Source of the DNA: Dehalococcoidales bacterium
GTDB lineage: Bacteria > Chloroflexota > Dehalococcoidia > Dehalococcoidales > BS750m-G39
Length of the DNA: 64,000 bases
Assembly: GCA_016783245.1 (NCBI GenBank)
Contig: JADHWY010000001.1
Coordinates: 38,007-102,006, forward strand
Direction: 5' to 3'
Under the pieces are notes generated by a model, which searched no databases, was not told the DNA's origin, and worked only from the letters and a program-made list of their open reading frames with translations. Every line of letters starts with the position of its first letter. The stretch's first letter is position 1. Shown in pieces: positions 1 to 8,710 of the stretch. The position numbers and the translations under genes are program-made.

Positions 1-806
1 TGGATATCAATATCCATCCTGGCAAAACCGAGGTGAAATTTCAGCAGGAACGCGCCATTTTCAGCGCTGTCCAGAAGGCAGTGAGGCAGGCGCTGATCAA
101 GCTTACGCCGGTGCCTCAGGTTGAGGAGGTGGCTATCGCCTATGAAGCACCCTCACTGCTGAAGCAGGGATTTGAGATGCCAATCGGGGGTGATAGCGGC
201 ATCACCCCGGCACCGACAGTGGCTGCTCAGACCACAACGGCAACCCTGCCTGTGCTGCGGGTGTTGGGTCAGATCTCGGCTAGCTATATTATCGCTGAGG
301 GACCTGACGGATTGTATCTCATTGACCAGCATGCTGCCCATGAGCGCGTTCTCTTTGAACAGATTGTGGGACAGAGGTCACGACAGGAAATAGAGGTTCA
401 GGGGTTACTGGAGCCAGCGACATTTGAGGTCAGTCCTCAGCAGGAGCAGGTTCTCCGCGCTCGCTATAAAGACCTGGCTGGATTCGGCTTCTCTATAGAG
501 CCTTTTGGCGAGAAAACCTTTCTCGTTCGGTCGGTGCCAGCCTTGCTTTCTAATAAAGACTGGGCAGGGATGGTAAGGGGGTTATTGGATTCAGGGGGGA
601 ATGAAGACGATTGGATGGAAAAGGTGGCAGTATCTATGGCTTGCCACAGTGCGGTGAGGGCGGGGCAGATATTAACCGAGGATGAGATGCGCGAACTGGT
701 GCGCAAGTTGGAGCAGGCTTCCCTTCCTCACACCTGCCCTCATGGCAGACCGACAATGATTCATCTCAGCTTAGGGCAGCTGCGGAGCGAGTTTGGTAGA
801 AGGTAG
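1..806 (+). CDS. mutL: DNA mismatch repair protein MutL, C-terminal part (5' end lies upstream of window)
   Basis: Frame is open from nt 3 (DINIHPGKTEVKF), so the ATG at 33 is internal. C-terminal domain motifs: DQHAAHERVLFE (endonuclease), ACHSAVRAG, CPHGRP. Confidence 0.9.
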   Translation, partial: DINIHPGKTEVKFQQERAIFSAVQKAVRQALIKLTPVPQVEEVAIAYEAPSLLKQGFEMPIGGDSGITPAPTVAAQTTTATLPVLRVLGQISASYIIAEGPDGLYLIDQHAAHERVLFEQIVGQRSRQEIEVQGLLEPATFEVSPQQEQVLRARYKDLAGFGFSIEPFGEKTFLVRSVPALLSNKDWAGMVRGLLDSGGNEDDWMEKVAVSMACHSAVRAGQILTEDEMRELVRKLEQASLPHTCPHGRPTMIHLSLGQLRSEFGRR

Positions 807-1376
807 CTGCTCTTGTGGGGTGTAGTGAGCGACCACTCCCCATTGGTCCGGTGGCCATACTGATAGCCAAGCCTTGCCCACTATGTTCTGGCGTGGCACT
901 GTTCCCCAATCACGGGAATCGTTGCTGATATTGCGGTTGTCTCCCAGGACAAAATATTCGTTCTCAGGGATTTCTGTCGGACGGAGGGTATCGTTGGTCG
1001 GCGCTTTAATGTAGGGCTCGTCTAAAGCTACATTATTAATATACACCGTTCCTCCTTTTATCTCAACTGTGTCGCCGGGTAAGGCGATGACGCGCTTGAT
1101 GTAATCTTCATCCTCGTTGTCGGGGGGACGGAACACAATTACCTCACCTTGCTGAGGTTCGCCAAAGCGATAGACGACCTTGTTAACCAGCAGCCGTTGC
1201 CCTGGCTCAAAATTGGGCTTCATACTGGAGCCTATTACAACAGAACTCTGGACGGTGGCCTGTAGCACGAGGAAGATTACTACCGCCACTATGATAGTGG
1301 TTACAACTTCGCGGATAACGCCTCTCATTTGTTTGAACTGCTTTGTTATATAGGTTAAATTGCTCAGGAGAACCAT
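771..1376 (-). CDS. lepB: signal peptidase I
   Basis: N-terminal TM helix. Catalytic boxes GSSMKPN, YIKRVIALPGD, GDNRNISNDSRDWG. The 3' end overlaps mutL by 36 nt (convergent). Confidence 0.9.
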   Translation of the reverse strand: MVLLSNLTYITKQFKQMRGVIREVVTTIIVAVVIFLVLQATVQSSVVIGSSMKPNFEPGQRLLVNKVVYRFGEPQQGEVIVFRPPDNEDEDYIKRVIALPGDTVEIKGGTVYINNVALDEPYIKAPTNDTLRPTEIPENEYFVLGDNRNISNDSRDWGTVPRQNIVGKAWLSVWPPDQWGVVAHYTPQEQLPSTKLAPQLP

Positions 1377-1470
1377 CCTCAGCGGTTTAATTATACTCTA
1401 TATGCCTCTATTCTTTCCAGTATCACCAAATTTGCACATTTTTCAGAGTAGGTGCTAGAATGGGGATGGT

Positions 1471-2583
1471 ATGGATTGTATGAAGCAGGCGCTCTCCCTG
1501 GCGAGATTAGCTTTAGGGCAGGTTAGTCCTAATCCGGCGGTGGGGGCACTGATAGTGAACAATGGTGAGCTTGTGGGGCAAGGTTATACCCAGCCACCAG
1601 GCTTGCCTCATGCTGAGGCAGAAGCGCTAAAGCAGGCGGGTGAGCGAGCGCGGGGCGGCGTGATGTATGTTACCATGGAACCTTGTTGCCATTATGGACG
1701 GACCCCTCCCTGTACCGGGGCAATCATCGATGCTGGCATCTCTGAGGTTCATCTGGCTATGCTTGACCCTGATCCTCGGGTTTCCGGGCGAGGCAAGAAG
1801 GGATTGGAGGAAAAAGGCATCAAGACATACGTTGGTGAGTATGAGGAAGAGGCCGAACAGATAAATGAGGCTTATATCAAGTTCATTACCACAGGCGTGC
1901 CCTTCGTTACCGCAAAATTTGCCGTCAGTCTGGATGGGAAAATTGCCACTAAGAGTGGCGATTCTAGGTGGATTAGCAGCGAGGTGGCAAGGAAAAGGGT
2001 TCATAGTCTGCGTTATACCACCGATGCTATTATGACTGGGGTGAATACCGTTCTCATTGATAATCCCGAGCTTACCGCCAGGAGTTGTGGTGGGAGGGGA
2101 GGAACAGTGAGGGCACACCCTCTTCGAATAATCGTGGATAGCAAGGGGAGAACTCCGCTGACTGCCCGGGTGCTCAGTGCGCCCGGCAAGACACTGCTGG
2201 TACTGGCTAGATTGGCCCAGTCGAAGGAGAGGGAAGCCTTCGCCCGGGCTGATGCCAAATTACTGGAATTGCCCTCGGAGGGGGGGCGAGTGGACCTGGG
2301 GAAGCTGCTCAAGGTATTGGGTGAACAGGAAATCACCAGCGTTTTAGTTGAGGGGGGTGGAATTCTCCTCGGCTCGCTGTTTGATGGCGGGCTGGTTGAT
2401 AAGGTTGTTGTTTTTGTCGCCCCTATTATTATTGGTGGAGAGGAGGCTAAGACGGCTGTGGGTGGTGAAGGGGTGGACAAGGTTGCCGACTCACTGAGAT
2501 TAGAGCAGGTTTGTGTGGAGAGGCTTGGTGATGATGTGATGGTAAGCGGTTATGTCTCGGCACAGCCTCAAAAGCAGGGATAA
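1471..2583 (+). CDS. ribD: bifunctional riboflavin biosynthesis deaminase/reductase RibD
   Basis: Zinc deaminase motifs HAEAEAL and PCCHYGRTPPC, followed by the reductase half (KFAVSLDGKIA, VEGGG). First gene of the rib operon. Confidence 0.93.
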   Translation: MDCMKQALSLARLALGQVSPNPAVGALIVNNGELVGQGYTQPPGLPHAEAEALKQAGERARGGVMYVTMEPCCHYGRTPPCTGAIIDAGISEVHLAMLDPDPRVSGRGKKGLEEKGIKTYVGEYEEEAEQINEAYIKFITTGVPFVTAKFAVSLDGKIATKSGDSRWISSEVARKRVHSLRYTTDAIMTGVNTVLIDNPELTARSCGGRGGTVRAHPLRIIVDSKGRTPLTARVLSAPGKTLLVLARLAQSKEREAFARADAKLLELPSEGGRVDLGKLLKVLGEQEITSVLVEGGGILLGSLFDGGLVDKVVVFVAPIIIGGEEAKTAVGGEGVDKVADSLRLEQVCVERLGDDVMVSGYVSAQPQKQG

Positions 2584-2585
2584 CA

Positions 2586-3215
2586 ATGTTTACCGGGATT
2601 GTAGAAGAAGTAGGTAAGGTCAGTTTGGCTCAATCTGGAGGGCTGGTCATCGACGCCAGCAAGGTGCTTCAGGGAATGGAGCCAGGCGGCAGCATCGCTG
2701 TTAATGGGGCTTGCCTGACCGTAACCAGTTTTGGCGATAAGTCACTCTCTGTTGACATAATGCCAGAAACATTGAACCTCACTAATCTTGGGCGGCTCGG
2801 TGTCGGGGATGAGGTTAACCTGGAACGAGCACTAACCTTGGAGAAACAGATGGGCGGTCATTTAGTTCAGGGTCATATAGATGATACGGGGAGGGTAACC
2901 TCCGTTGCCAGGGATGGCGAGGCGGTGATAGTCAGGATTCAAGCTCCTTCACAGGTTATGCTTTATATTGTGAAGAAGGGCTTTATCGCTGTTGATGGGG
3001 TTAGCTTGACTGTTGTTGATAATGATGCCAGTTCTTTTCTGGTTTCTATAGTTGGCTATACCAGGGAACATACCACACTGGGCAGCAAGAGGGTGGGCGA
3101 CCTGGTTAATCTGGAGGTGGATATCATTGCCAAATATGTGGAGCGGTTTAGCCAGGCTCGCACCTCCGGTATCACCGTCGACTTCTTAAAGGAGCACGGT
3201 TTTTCGGTAGCTTAG
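2586..3215 (+). CDS. ribE: riboflavin synthase alpha chain
   Basis: MFTGIVEEVG start. Duplicated lumazine-binding halves (NGACLTV / DGVSLTV). Lies 3 nt after ribD. Confidence 0.92.
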   Translation: MFTGIVEEVGKVSLAQSGGLVIDASKVLQGMEPGGSIAVNGACLTVTSFGDKSLSVDIMPETLNLTNLGRLGVGDEVNLERALTLEKQMGGHLVQGHIDDTGRVTSVARDGEAVIVRIQAPSQVMLYIVKKGFIAVDGVSLTVVDNDASSFLVSIVGYTREHTTLGSKRVGDLVNLEVDIIAKYVERFSQARTSGITVDFLKEHGFSVA

Positions 3216-3236
3216 TCTATTTTCAGGTGGGGTAGT

Positions 3237-4460
3237 ATGAGTATATCAACCATTGCTGAGGCTATTGAGGATATCAAGACAGGCAAATTTGTTATCATTG
3301 TTGATGACAAGGATAGGGAGAATGAGGGTGACCTCGCCATGGCTGCTGAGAAGGTTACTACTAAGGCGATTAACTTTTTGACCTTACACGCCAGGGGGTT
3401 GATTTGTATGCCCATAACGGGCAAGCGACTGGACGAATTGAGGATTCCCCTGATGGTCGGGGAGAACACATCAAAGTTCTCCACTGCCTTTACTGTATCT
3501 GTTGAGGCTAAACATAAGGTGAGCACCGGCATTTCAGCGGCTGACAGGGCAGAGACAATAAAGACGATGCTTGACCCGAATATCACGGCTGAGGATTTGG
3601 CTCGACCAGGGCATATGTTCCCCTTGCGGGCTAGAGAGGGTGGGGTTCTGGTGCGAGCAGGGCATACCGAGGCGGCGGTTGATTTGGCCAGGCTGGCTGG
3701 CCTTTACCCCGCGGGGGTTATCTGCGAGATTTTGAATGAAGACGGCTCTATGGCAAGGCTACCTCAACTTGAGTCCTTGTCAGAGCAACACGGGATTAAG
3801 ATTATAACTGTGGCTGACCTTATCACCTATCGTCATCGCTATGAAAAGCTGGTGCACCGTGTAGCTGAGGCCAAGCTGCCCACCAGATATGGTGAGTTTG
3901 CCGCTCTTGCCTATAAGAGCGATATCGACCCTGATGAACACCTTGCTTTGGTAATGGGGGATATATCTACTGATGAGCCGGTGTTAGTCCGGGTTCACAG
4001 CGAGTGTATAACTGGGGATGTGTTCAGTAGCATGCGCTGTGATTGCGGTGAGCAGATAGGGTTAGCCATGAAATCTATCGCTGATGATGGGCGAGGCGTT
4101 TTTCTCTATATGCGGCAGGAGGGGCGAGGCATCGGTTTCCATAACAAAATCCGTGCTTATGCACTTCAGGATAAAGGCTTGGATACCGTGGAGGCTAATT
4201 TGTCCTTAGGATTTGACGCCGACCTGAGGGATTATGGTATCGGTGCCCAAATTTTAGCCGACCTGGGTTTACATCAGATTCGATTACTTACCAACAATCC
4301 CAAGAAGGTGATAGGTCTGGAGGCTTATGGTCTAAAAGTGGTGGAAACAGTCCCCATCCTCACCACCCCCAACCCATATAACCGTCATTACCTGGAGACA
4401 AAGCAGAAAAAACTAGGTCATCGCCTGCACACATTGGGTGGCAGTGATAAAGATAACTAA
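3237..4460 (+). CDS. ribBA: bifunctional 3,4-dihydroxy-2-butanone-4-phosphate synthase / GTP cyclohydrolase II
   Basis: N-half [18 protein letters not shown]-half [22 protein letters not shown]. Confidence 0.93.
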   Translation: MSISTIAEAIEDIKTGKFVIIVDDKDRENEGDLAMAAEKVTTKAINFLTLHARGLICMPITGKRLDELRIPLMVGENTSKFSTAFTVSVEAKHKVSTGISAADRAETIKTMLDPNITAEDLARPGHMFPLRAREGGVLVRAGHTEAAVDLARLAGLYPAGVICEILNEDGSMARLPQLESLSEQHGIKIITVADLITYRHRYEKLVHRVAEAKLPTRYGEFAALAYKSDIDPDEHLALVMGDISTDEPVLVRVHSECITGDVFSSMRCDCGEQIGLAMKSIADDGRGVFLYMRQEGRGIGFHNKIRAYALQDKGLDTVEANLSLGFDADLRDYGIGAQILADLGLHQIRLLTNNPKKVIGLEAYGLKVVETVPILTTPNPYNRHYLETKQKKLGHRLHTLGGSDKDN

Positions 4461-4484
4461 AAACCTAACCATAAGGAGAAATCG

Positions 4485-4958
4485 ATGAACAAAAATAAGT
4501 GTTTCGAAGGCATGCTACTGGGGAAGGGGTTGAGGTTTGGACTGGTTGTCTCCCGTTTTAATGAGTTCATTACCAACAAACTGCTTGAAGGAGCACTGGA
4601 TGCTCTGAAGCGCCATGGTGTTGATGAGAATGATATAGAGGTTGCCTTGGTGCCGGGCTCATTTGAAATACCGGTAATTGCCAAGAAATTAGCCCAGTCC
4701 AAGAGGTATGATGCCGTTATCTGCCTGGGTACCGTGGTTCGTGGTGGGACACCTCATTTCGATTATATCGCCACTGAGGTGACCAAGGGCATTGCCCATG
4801 TAGGTCTGGAGACTGGACTGCCGGTTGTTTATGGCATAATCACTGCTGATACCCTGGAGCAGGCTATCGAGAGAGCAGGGACCAAGATGGGGAACAGGGG
4901 TTCCGAAGCGGCAAAGGATGCCATCGAAATGGCAAACCTACTCAAGAGTATAGGTTAA
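4485..4958 (+). CDS. ribH: 6,7-dimethyl-8-ribityllumazine synthase
   Basis: [26 protein letters not shown] motifs. Last gene of the rib operon. Confidence 0.93.
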   Translation: MNKNKCFEGMLLGKGLRFGLVVSRFNEFITNKLLEGALDALKRHGVDENDIEVALVPGSFEIPVIAKKLAQSKRYDAVICLGTVVRGGTPHFDYIATEVTKGIAHVGLETGLPVVYGIITADTLEQAIERAGTKMGNRGSEAAKDAIEMANLLKSIG

Positions 4959-5006
4959 CTATACTTGCCGACTGTTACCATTTTAAGCTTGGGGGAAAGC
5001 TTGCCC

Positions 5007-5261
5007 TCAGTCAGTAACCTTGTAGACCGTATCCCCTCTCCTTGCCCGGTCGGAGATCTTGATGCCGATAGAGTCTCCTGACTTAGCCTCGGTAACATTC
5101 TCATTGTCGATCTGCATAGAGTCAACAGTGAGTTCCATATCGGTGGTGTGACCCTTAATGTGGATTTTGTCACCGAGTTTCAAGGCTCCGGTTAGCTCGA
5201 TGCCGGCTACTACTGGTCTGGCGAAGAAGTCGCTTACCTTTCCAATTACCACCTCAGGCAT
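5007..5261 (-). CDS. small EF-Tu domain-2-like beta-barrel protein (translation elongation factor-like)
   Basis: 84-aa ORF. Its pattern (GKVSDFF..VAGIEL..LKLGD.I.I.G) resembles the GTP_EFTU_D2 barrel. SD ggaggt lies upstream of the ATG. Confidence 0.55.
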   Translation of the reverse strand: MPEVVIGKVSDFFARPVVAGIELTGALKLGDKIHIKGHTTDMELTVDSMQIDNENVTEAKSGDSIGIKISDRARRGDTVYKVTD

Positions 5262-5369
5262 TGGGATACCTCCTTTATGTTTAGTGTGGCAATAGGTTAT
5301 TCGGTTGTTTGGGGTTAGTATACGCTATGTTGTTGATGTAAATCAATATCACAGGCCCATCTTCAGTCT

Positions 5370-5398
5370 TTGACATCGTGCTTCCTATCGCCTATAAT
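5370..5398 (+). promoter_or_regulatory. sigma-70 type promoter (TTGACA-17-TATAAT)
   Basis: Perfect consensus hexamers TTGACA (5370-5375) and TATAAT (5393-5398) with a 17-nt spacer. It lies inside the 5' end of track ORF 5378..5665, so that ORF's GTG start is unlikely. Confidence 0.6.
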
Positions 5399-5485
5399 TG
5401 CCCTGACTTATCATCAAACAGAGGTTGTATAATCTTGGCAGAGAAAAGGAAATCCAAATCAGCGACTCAGGAGCAGGCGCTGGAT

Positions 5486-5665
5486 ATGGAAAATATAAGG
5501 CGGCAGCTGGATATGTTTGACCACCGCTTGGATAACATCGATTCCATAGTTACAGCAGTTGCTGAACGGCTGATGAGCCAACCTATCACTCTTAATATAA
5601 CCTGCCCTCACTGCGGCAGCAATGTAGAGATTACCATCATAGGTAACTATAAGCCCAGGAAGTAG
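5486..5665 (+). CDS. small hypothetical protein with C-terminal CxxC (CPHCGS)
   Basis: Track ORF 5378..5665 trimmed to the first ATG downstream of the consensus promoter. A TTG at 5435 is an alternative start. No recognisable family. Confidence 0.35.
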   Translation: MENIRRQLDMFDHRLDNIDSIVTAVAERLMSQPITLNITCPHCGSNVEITIIGNYKPRK

Positions 5666-5710
5666 TAGCACGCCTGCCTACAATCAAACTAACTACAAGG
5701 GGGATTAATT

Positions 5711-6370
5711 ATGCAAATAGCAGCTAGAATTGACCAGGCTAGGTACGATGTCTTCCGCTGGAGATATGAGCTTGCTATACCCAAGAAGTTAGCTTTAGCC
5801 CTCGGTATTGCTGGGCTTGCTGGACTTCTTGCCCAAGTAAGATTCTTTCTTCCCTGGACTCCAGTGCCGTTAACCGGGCAAACCTTTGCTGTTCTTCTCG
5901 CCGGGGTCCTCCTGGGCAGGTGGTGGGGCGGTATCAGTCTGGGTATCTATGCCGGCATTGGCGCTGCCGGCCTTCCCTGGTTCACCAACTGGTCTGGCGG
6001 AGTGACTCACCTTGCTGGACCAACGGGAGGATATATAATTGGTTTTATCCTCGCTGCCCTTTTCCTGGGCCACTTCACTGATACCTATATCAAAGCAAGA
6101 AGCTTCCGAAGTATGCTGGCGCTCATGCTCTTTGCCAATTTCGTTCTCATTTATTCTCCCGGCCTGTTCCAACTTGGCCTATGGGTAAAGGCGGTAACGG
6201 GAGAACCCGTATCCTTTACCACTCTCCTCGGCATGGGAGCTATTCCCTTCATCCCTGGCGATATAGCCAAGGCTGTGGCGGCAGCAGCTATAGCCGCAGG
6301 AGTAACGCCTAAGCGGGCCTATAACGGAGAGGTAGATAAAGGCAAACAGGCGGCTTGGCGCCTCTTTTGA
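5711..6370 (+). CDS. bioY: biotin transporter BioY (ECF S-component family)
   Basis: Multi-TM protein with BioY-like motifs TPVPLTGQTFAVLLAG, GPTGGYIIGF, PGDIAKAVAAA. Confidence 0.8.
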   Translation: MQIAARIDQARYDVFRWRYELAIPKKLALALGIAGLAGLLAQVRFFLPWTPVPLTGQTFAVLLAGVLLGRWWGGISLGIYAGIGAAGLPWFTNWSGGVTHLAGPTGGYIIGFILAALFLGHFTDTYIKARSFRSMLALMLFANFVLIYSPGLFQLGLWVKAVTGEPVSFTTLLGMGAIPFIPGDIAKAVAAAAIAAGVTPKRAYNGEVDKGKQAAWRLF

Positions 6371-6471
6371 AAGCTTGAGTTCCTCACCCATAGCAACAAC
6401 TCTTGGCTCAGCATTGTGAGCTTCATTATTGCTTGACGCCAAGAAGGGCATCTAGTAGACTTAAAATGTTG

Positions 6472-6548
6472 GGGCGGTTAGCTCAGTTGGTTAGAGCGCT
6501 GCGTTGACATCGCAGAGGTCAGAGGTTCAAGTCCCCTACCGCCCACCA
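6472..6548 (+). tRNA. tRNA-Val (anticodon GAC), CCA encoded
   Basis: Cloverleaf read by hand: acceptor GGGCGGT/ACCGCCC, D arm GCTC..GAGC, anticodon stem CTGCG/CGCAG with loop TTGACAT, T loop TTCAAGT. One A:C mismatch in the T stem. Confidence 0.9.
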
Positions 6549-6665
6549 TGTCTGTCTCTCATATGGTAATAAGGAGAAAAATAGCTCAAATCGATTGAGC
6601 TGCTGGCGCAACCAAGAGATAGACCGTTTCGTTCAGTCACTACGCTGACAGCTCACCTCACATCA

Positions 6666-6697
6666 CAGAGGTCAGTGGTTCAAGTCCCCTACCGCCC
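6666..6697 (+). repeat. direct repeat of the 3' 32 nt of tRNA-Val (variable loop to acceptor end)
   Basis: cagaggtcagTggttcaagtcccctaccgccc matches 6513..6544 at 31/32 positions. No matching 5' half upstream, so this is a tRNA fragment and not a gene. Confidence 0.8.
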
Positions 6698-6747
6698 CTC
6701 TATTCTTTGTAATAGCCGTCCCTGTTTAGTATGGTAGCCCAAGGTGA

Positions 6748-6776
6748 TTGCGATTGGAACTGGTGGCTGGTATAAT
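6748..6776 (+). promoter_or_regulatory. putative thrS promoter (TTGCGA-17-TATAAT)
   Basis: Hexamers at 6748-6753 and 6771-6776 with a 17-nt spacer, about 150 nt upstream of the thrS ATG. Confidence 0.45.
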
Positions 6777-6838
6777 ATATATTTACAGGTAGCTTCATCG
6801 ATGGTGCTAAGCAAGGGTAGCGACAGGGGTGGTTAGAG

Positions 6839-6870
6839 CCTCTCCTCATCAGATAGAGGGAGGGGTTTTT
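6839..6870 (+). terminator. terminator-like hairpin plus T5 in the thrS leader (possible attenuator)
   Basis: CCTCTCC (6839-6845) pairs with GGAGGGG (6859-6865) over 7 bp including one G:U. Followed by TTTTT (6866-6870). Located 52 nt upstream of the thrS start. Confidence 0.35.
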
Positions 6871-6922
6871 ATCTAATAACTTGGAGAAGGATTCCAATAG
6901 TACTTCCTGACAGGGGCAGCAA

Positions 6923-8659
6923 ATGACGGAAGAGGAAAAGCTGGAGATAATGCGGCACTCTGCCGCTCATGTCATGGCTGAGGCGGTTCAGTCTATCTTT
7001 CCCGATACCAAGTTTGGCATTGGTCCATCTATTGAGAATGGCTTTTACTACGACTTTGATTTGCCCCGTTCATTGACCCCGGACGATTTATCGCTTATTG
7101 GGAGCAAGATGAATGAGATAATCGCCGCCGATATGCCTTTTGTCAGGCAGGAAGTGACCAAGGAGGAGGCTCGCAGGCTGTTTGCGGCTCAGCCCTATAA
7201 GCTGGAGTTGCTCGATGAGATTCCAGATGAAAAGGTCGGCGTGTATCGTCAGGGTTCATTTATTGATTTGTGCCGTGGGCCTCATGTGGACTCCACTGGC
7301 GAGATAAAGGCTTTTAAGCTGGTTAGCATTGCCGGCGCCTACTGGCGGGGCGATGAGCATCAACCTATGTTACAGCGGATATACGGCGTTGCCTTTGTCG
7401 CCAAAAAGGCTTTGGACGAGCACCTCAAAAAACTTGAGGAAGCAGCCAAGCGTGACCACAGGAAACTAGGCGCAGAGCTTGACCTTTATAGCATCCATGA
7501 GGAGGCAGGCCCAGGGCTGGTTCACTGGCATCCCAAGGGGGCGGTGATACGTCGTGTCATCGAGGATTTCTGGAAGGATGAGCATATTAAACGTGGCTAT
7601 GACATCATATATACCCCCCATATTGCTAAGCTAGACCTGTGGAAAACCAGCGGCCACTGGGAATTTTACCGTGATAACATGTATAGCCCCATGGAGATAG
7701 AAGGGCAGGAATATGTTCTTAAACCGATGAATTGTCTGGGGCATATCCTGATTTATAAGACCAGGCTGCGTAGTTACCGTGAGCTGCCGCTGCGCTATGC
7801 TGAGCTGGGCACTGTTTATCGGTATGAACGCTCCGGGGTACTGCTTGGTCTCTCCCGTGTCAGGGGCTTTACTCAGGATGACGCCCATATATTTTGCCGC
7901 TTTGACCAGCTGGAAGATGAGGTGGTGGGGGTACTAGATTTAGCTCGCTTTATGATAGATACCTTTGGTTTTACCACTTATCGCGTGTTGCTTTCTACTC
8001 GTCCCGAGAAATATGCTGGCGCACTGAAGGTGTGGGAGGAAGCCACGGATACCCTGAGACGAGCTCTGGAAAAACTAGATGTTGCCTACGAGATAGACCC
8101 GGGCGAAGGCGTATTCTATGGTCCCAAGATAGATATTAAATTCGAAGATGCCCTGGGGAGAGGGTGGCAGGGGCCTACTATTCAGATTGATTTTAATTTG
8201 CCCCAGCGCTTCGATGTTACCTACATCGGTGAGGATGGCAGAGAACACTCGGTAGCCATGGTACACCGTACCGTGCTGGGCAGTATGGAGCGTTTTCTTG
8301 CTTCGCTTATCGAGCATTACGGGGGTGCTTTCCCGGTATGGTTGGCACCGCTCCAGGTGATGATAATACCGATAGCTGACCGCCATCTGGATTATGCCCA
8401 TCAGCTGGAGGATGAACTTAGAAATGAGGGGATGCGGGCAAAGGTTGATACTCGCTCGGAGAGGGTGAACCTTAAAATTCGACAGGCGCAACTGGACAAG
8501 GTGCCCTACATGCTGATAGTAGGTGACAAGGAGGTAGCCGATTCTACTATATCCGTGCGGTTACGCAGCGGCGAACAGGCGGCTTCCCAATCCCTTGACA
8601 GTTTTAAGAGAAGTGTCAGGGCGGCTATCGCCAGCAGGGCGAAGGATTTAGAATTATAA
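6923..8659 (+). CDS. thrS: threonine--tRNA ligase (no N-terminal TGS domain)
   Basis: Starts in the editing domain (RHSAAHVMAEAV, GFYYDFDL). Class II catalytic core (YRYERSG, GFTQDDAHIF) and anticodon-binding domain are present. Confidence 0.95.
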   Translation: MTEEEKLEIMRHSAAHVMAEAVQSIFPDTKFGIGPSIENGFYYDFDLPRSLTPDDLSLIGSKMNEIIAADMPFVRQEVTKEEARRLFAAQPYKLELLDEIPDEKVGVYRQGSFIDLCRGPHVDSTGEIKAFKLVSIAGAYWRGDEHQPMLQRIYGVAFVAKKALDEHLKKLEEAAKRDHRKLGAELDLYSIHEEAGPGLVHWHPKGAVIRRVIEDFWKDEHIKRGYDIIYTPHIAKLDLWKTSGHWEFYRDNMYSPMEIEGQEYVLKPMNCLGHILIYKTRLRSYRELPLRYAELGTVYRYERSGVLLGLSRVRGFTQDDAHIFCRFDQLEDEVVGVLDLARFMIDTFGFTTYRVLLSTRPEKYAGALKVWEEATDTLRRALEKLDVAYEIDPGEGVFYGPKIDIKFEDALGRGWQGPTIQIDFNLPQRFDVTYIGEDGREHSVAMVHRTVLGSMERFLASLIEHYGGAFPVWLAPLQVMIIPIADRHLDYAHQLEDELRNEGMRAKVDTRSERVNLKIRQAQLDKVPYMLIVGDKEVADSTISVRLRSGEQAASQSLDSFKRSVRAAIASRAKDLEL

Positions 8660-8660
8660 T

Positions 8661-8689
8661 TTGATTACTCTTGACAAGTATGCTATAGT
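8661..8689 (+). promoter_or_regulatory. putative infC-rpmI-rplT promoter (TTGATT-17-TATAGT)
   Basis: Hexamers at 8661-8666 and 8684-8689 with a 17-nt spacer, in the thrS-infC gap. Confidence 0.4.
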
Positions 8690-8710
8690 TTTTGCCTGTG
8701 AAGGCTGGGT

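Noticed and set aside
1377-1470. Looked for an FMN riboswitch (RFN element) upstream of the ribD operon
   Set aside because: The gap is only 94 nt, and the conserved RFN core sequences and five-helix arrangement cannot be found. The operon appears to lack this leader.
2013-2480. Long antisense ORFs inside ribD, pheT (11183..11677), rseP (16755..17279), M20/MOFRL genes (33670..34275, 34724..35158, 39901..40389) and apgM (45139..45549)
   Set aside because: All lie opposite genes with strong family motifs. All are Ser/Pro/Arg-rich and lack SD sequences. They are typical shadow ORFs in a ~50% GC genome.
4959-5006. AAGCTT-GGGGGA-AAGCTT hairpin between ribH and the convergent EF-Tu-D2-like gene as a bidirectional terminator
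   Set aside because: The stem is only 6 bp and is built from a self-complementary HindIII site. There is no flanking T or A tract. It is too weak to call.
6549-6922. Canonical T-box riboswitch upstream of thrS
   Set aside because: Only a GGGGTGGT element and a terminator-like hairpin are present. No recognisable Stem I, specifier loop or ACCGCG part of the T-box was found. It is reported as an unclassified attenuator candidate.
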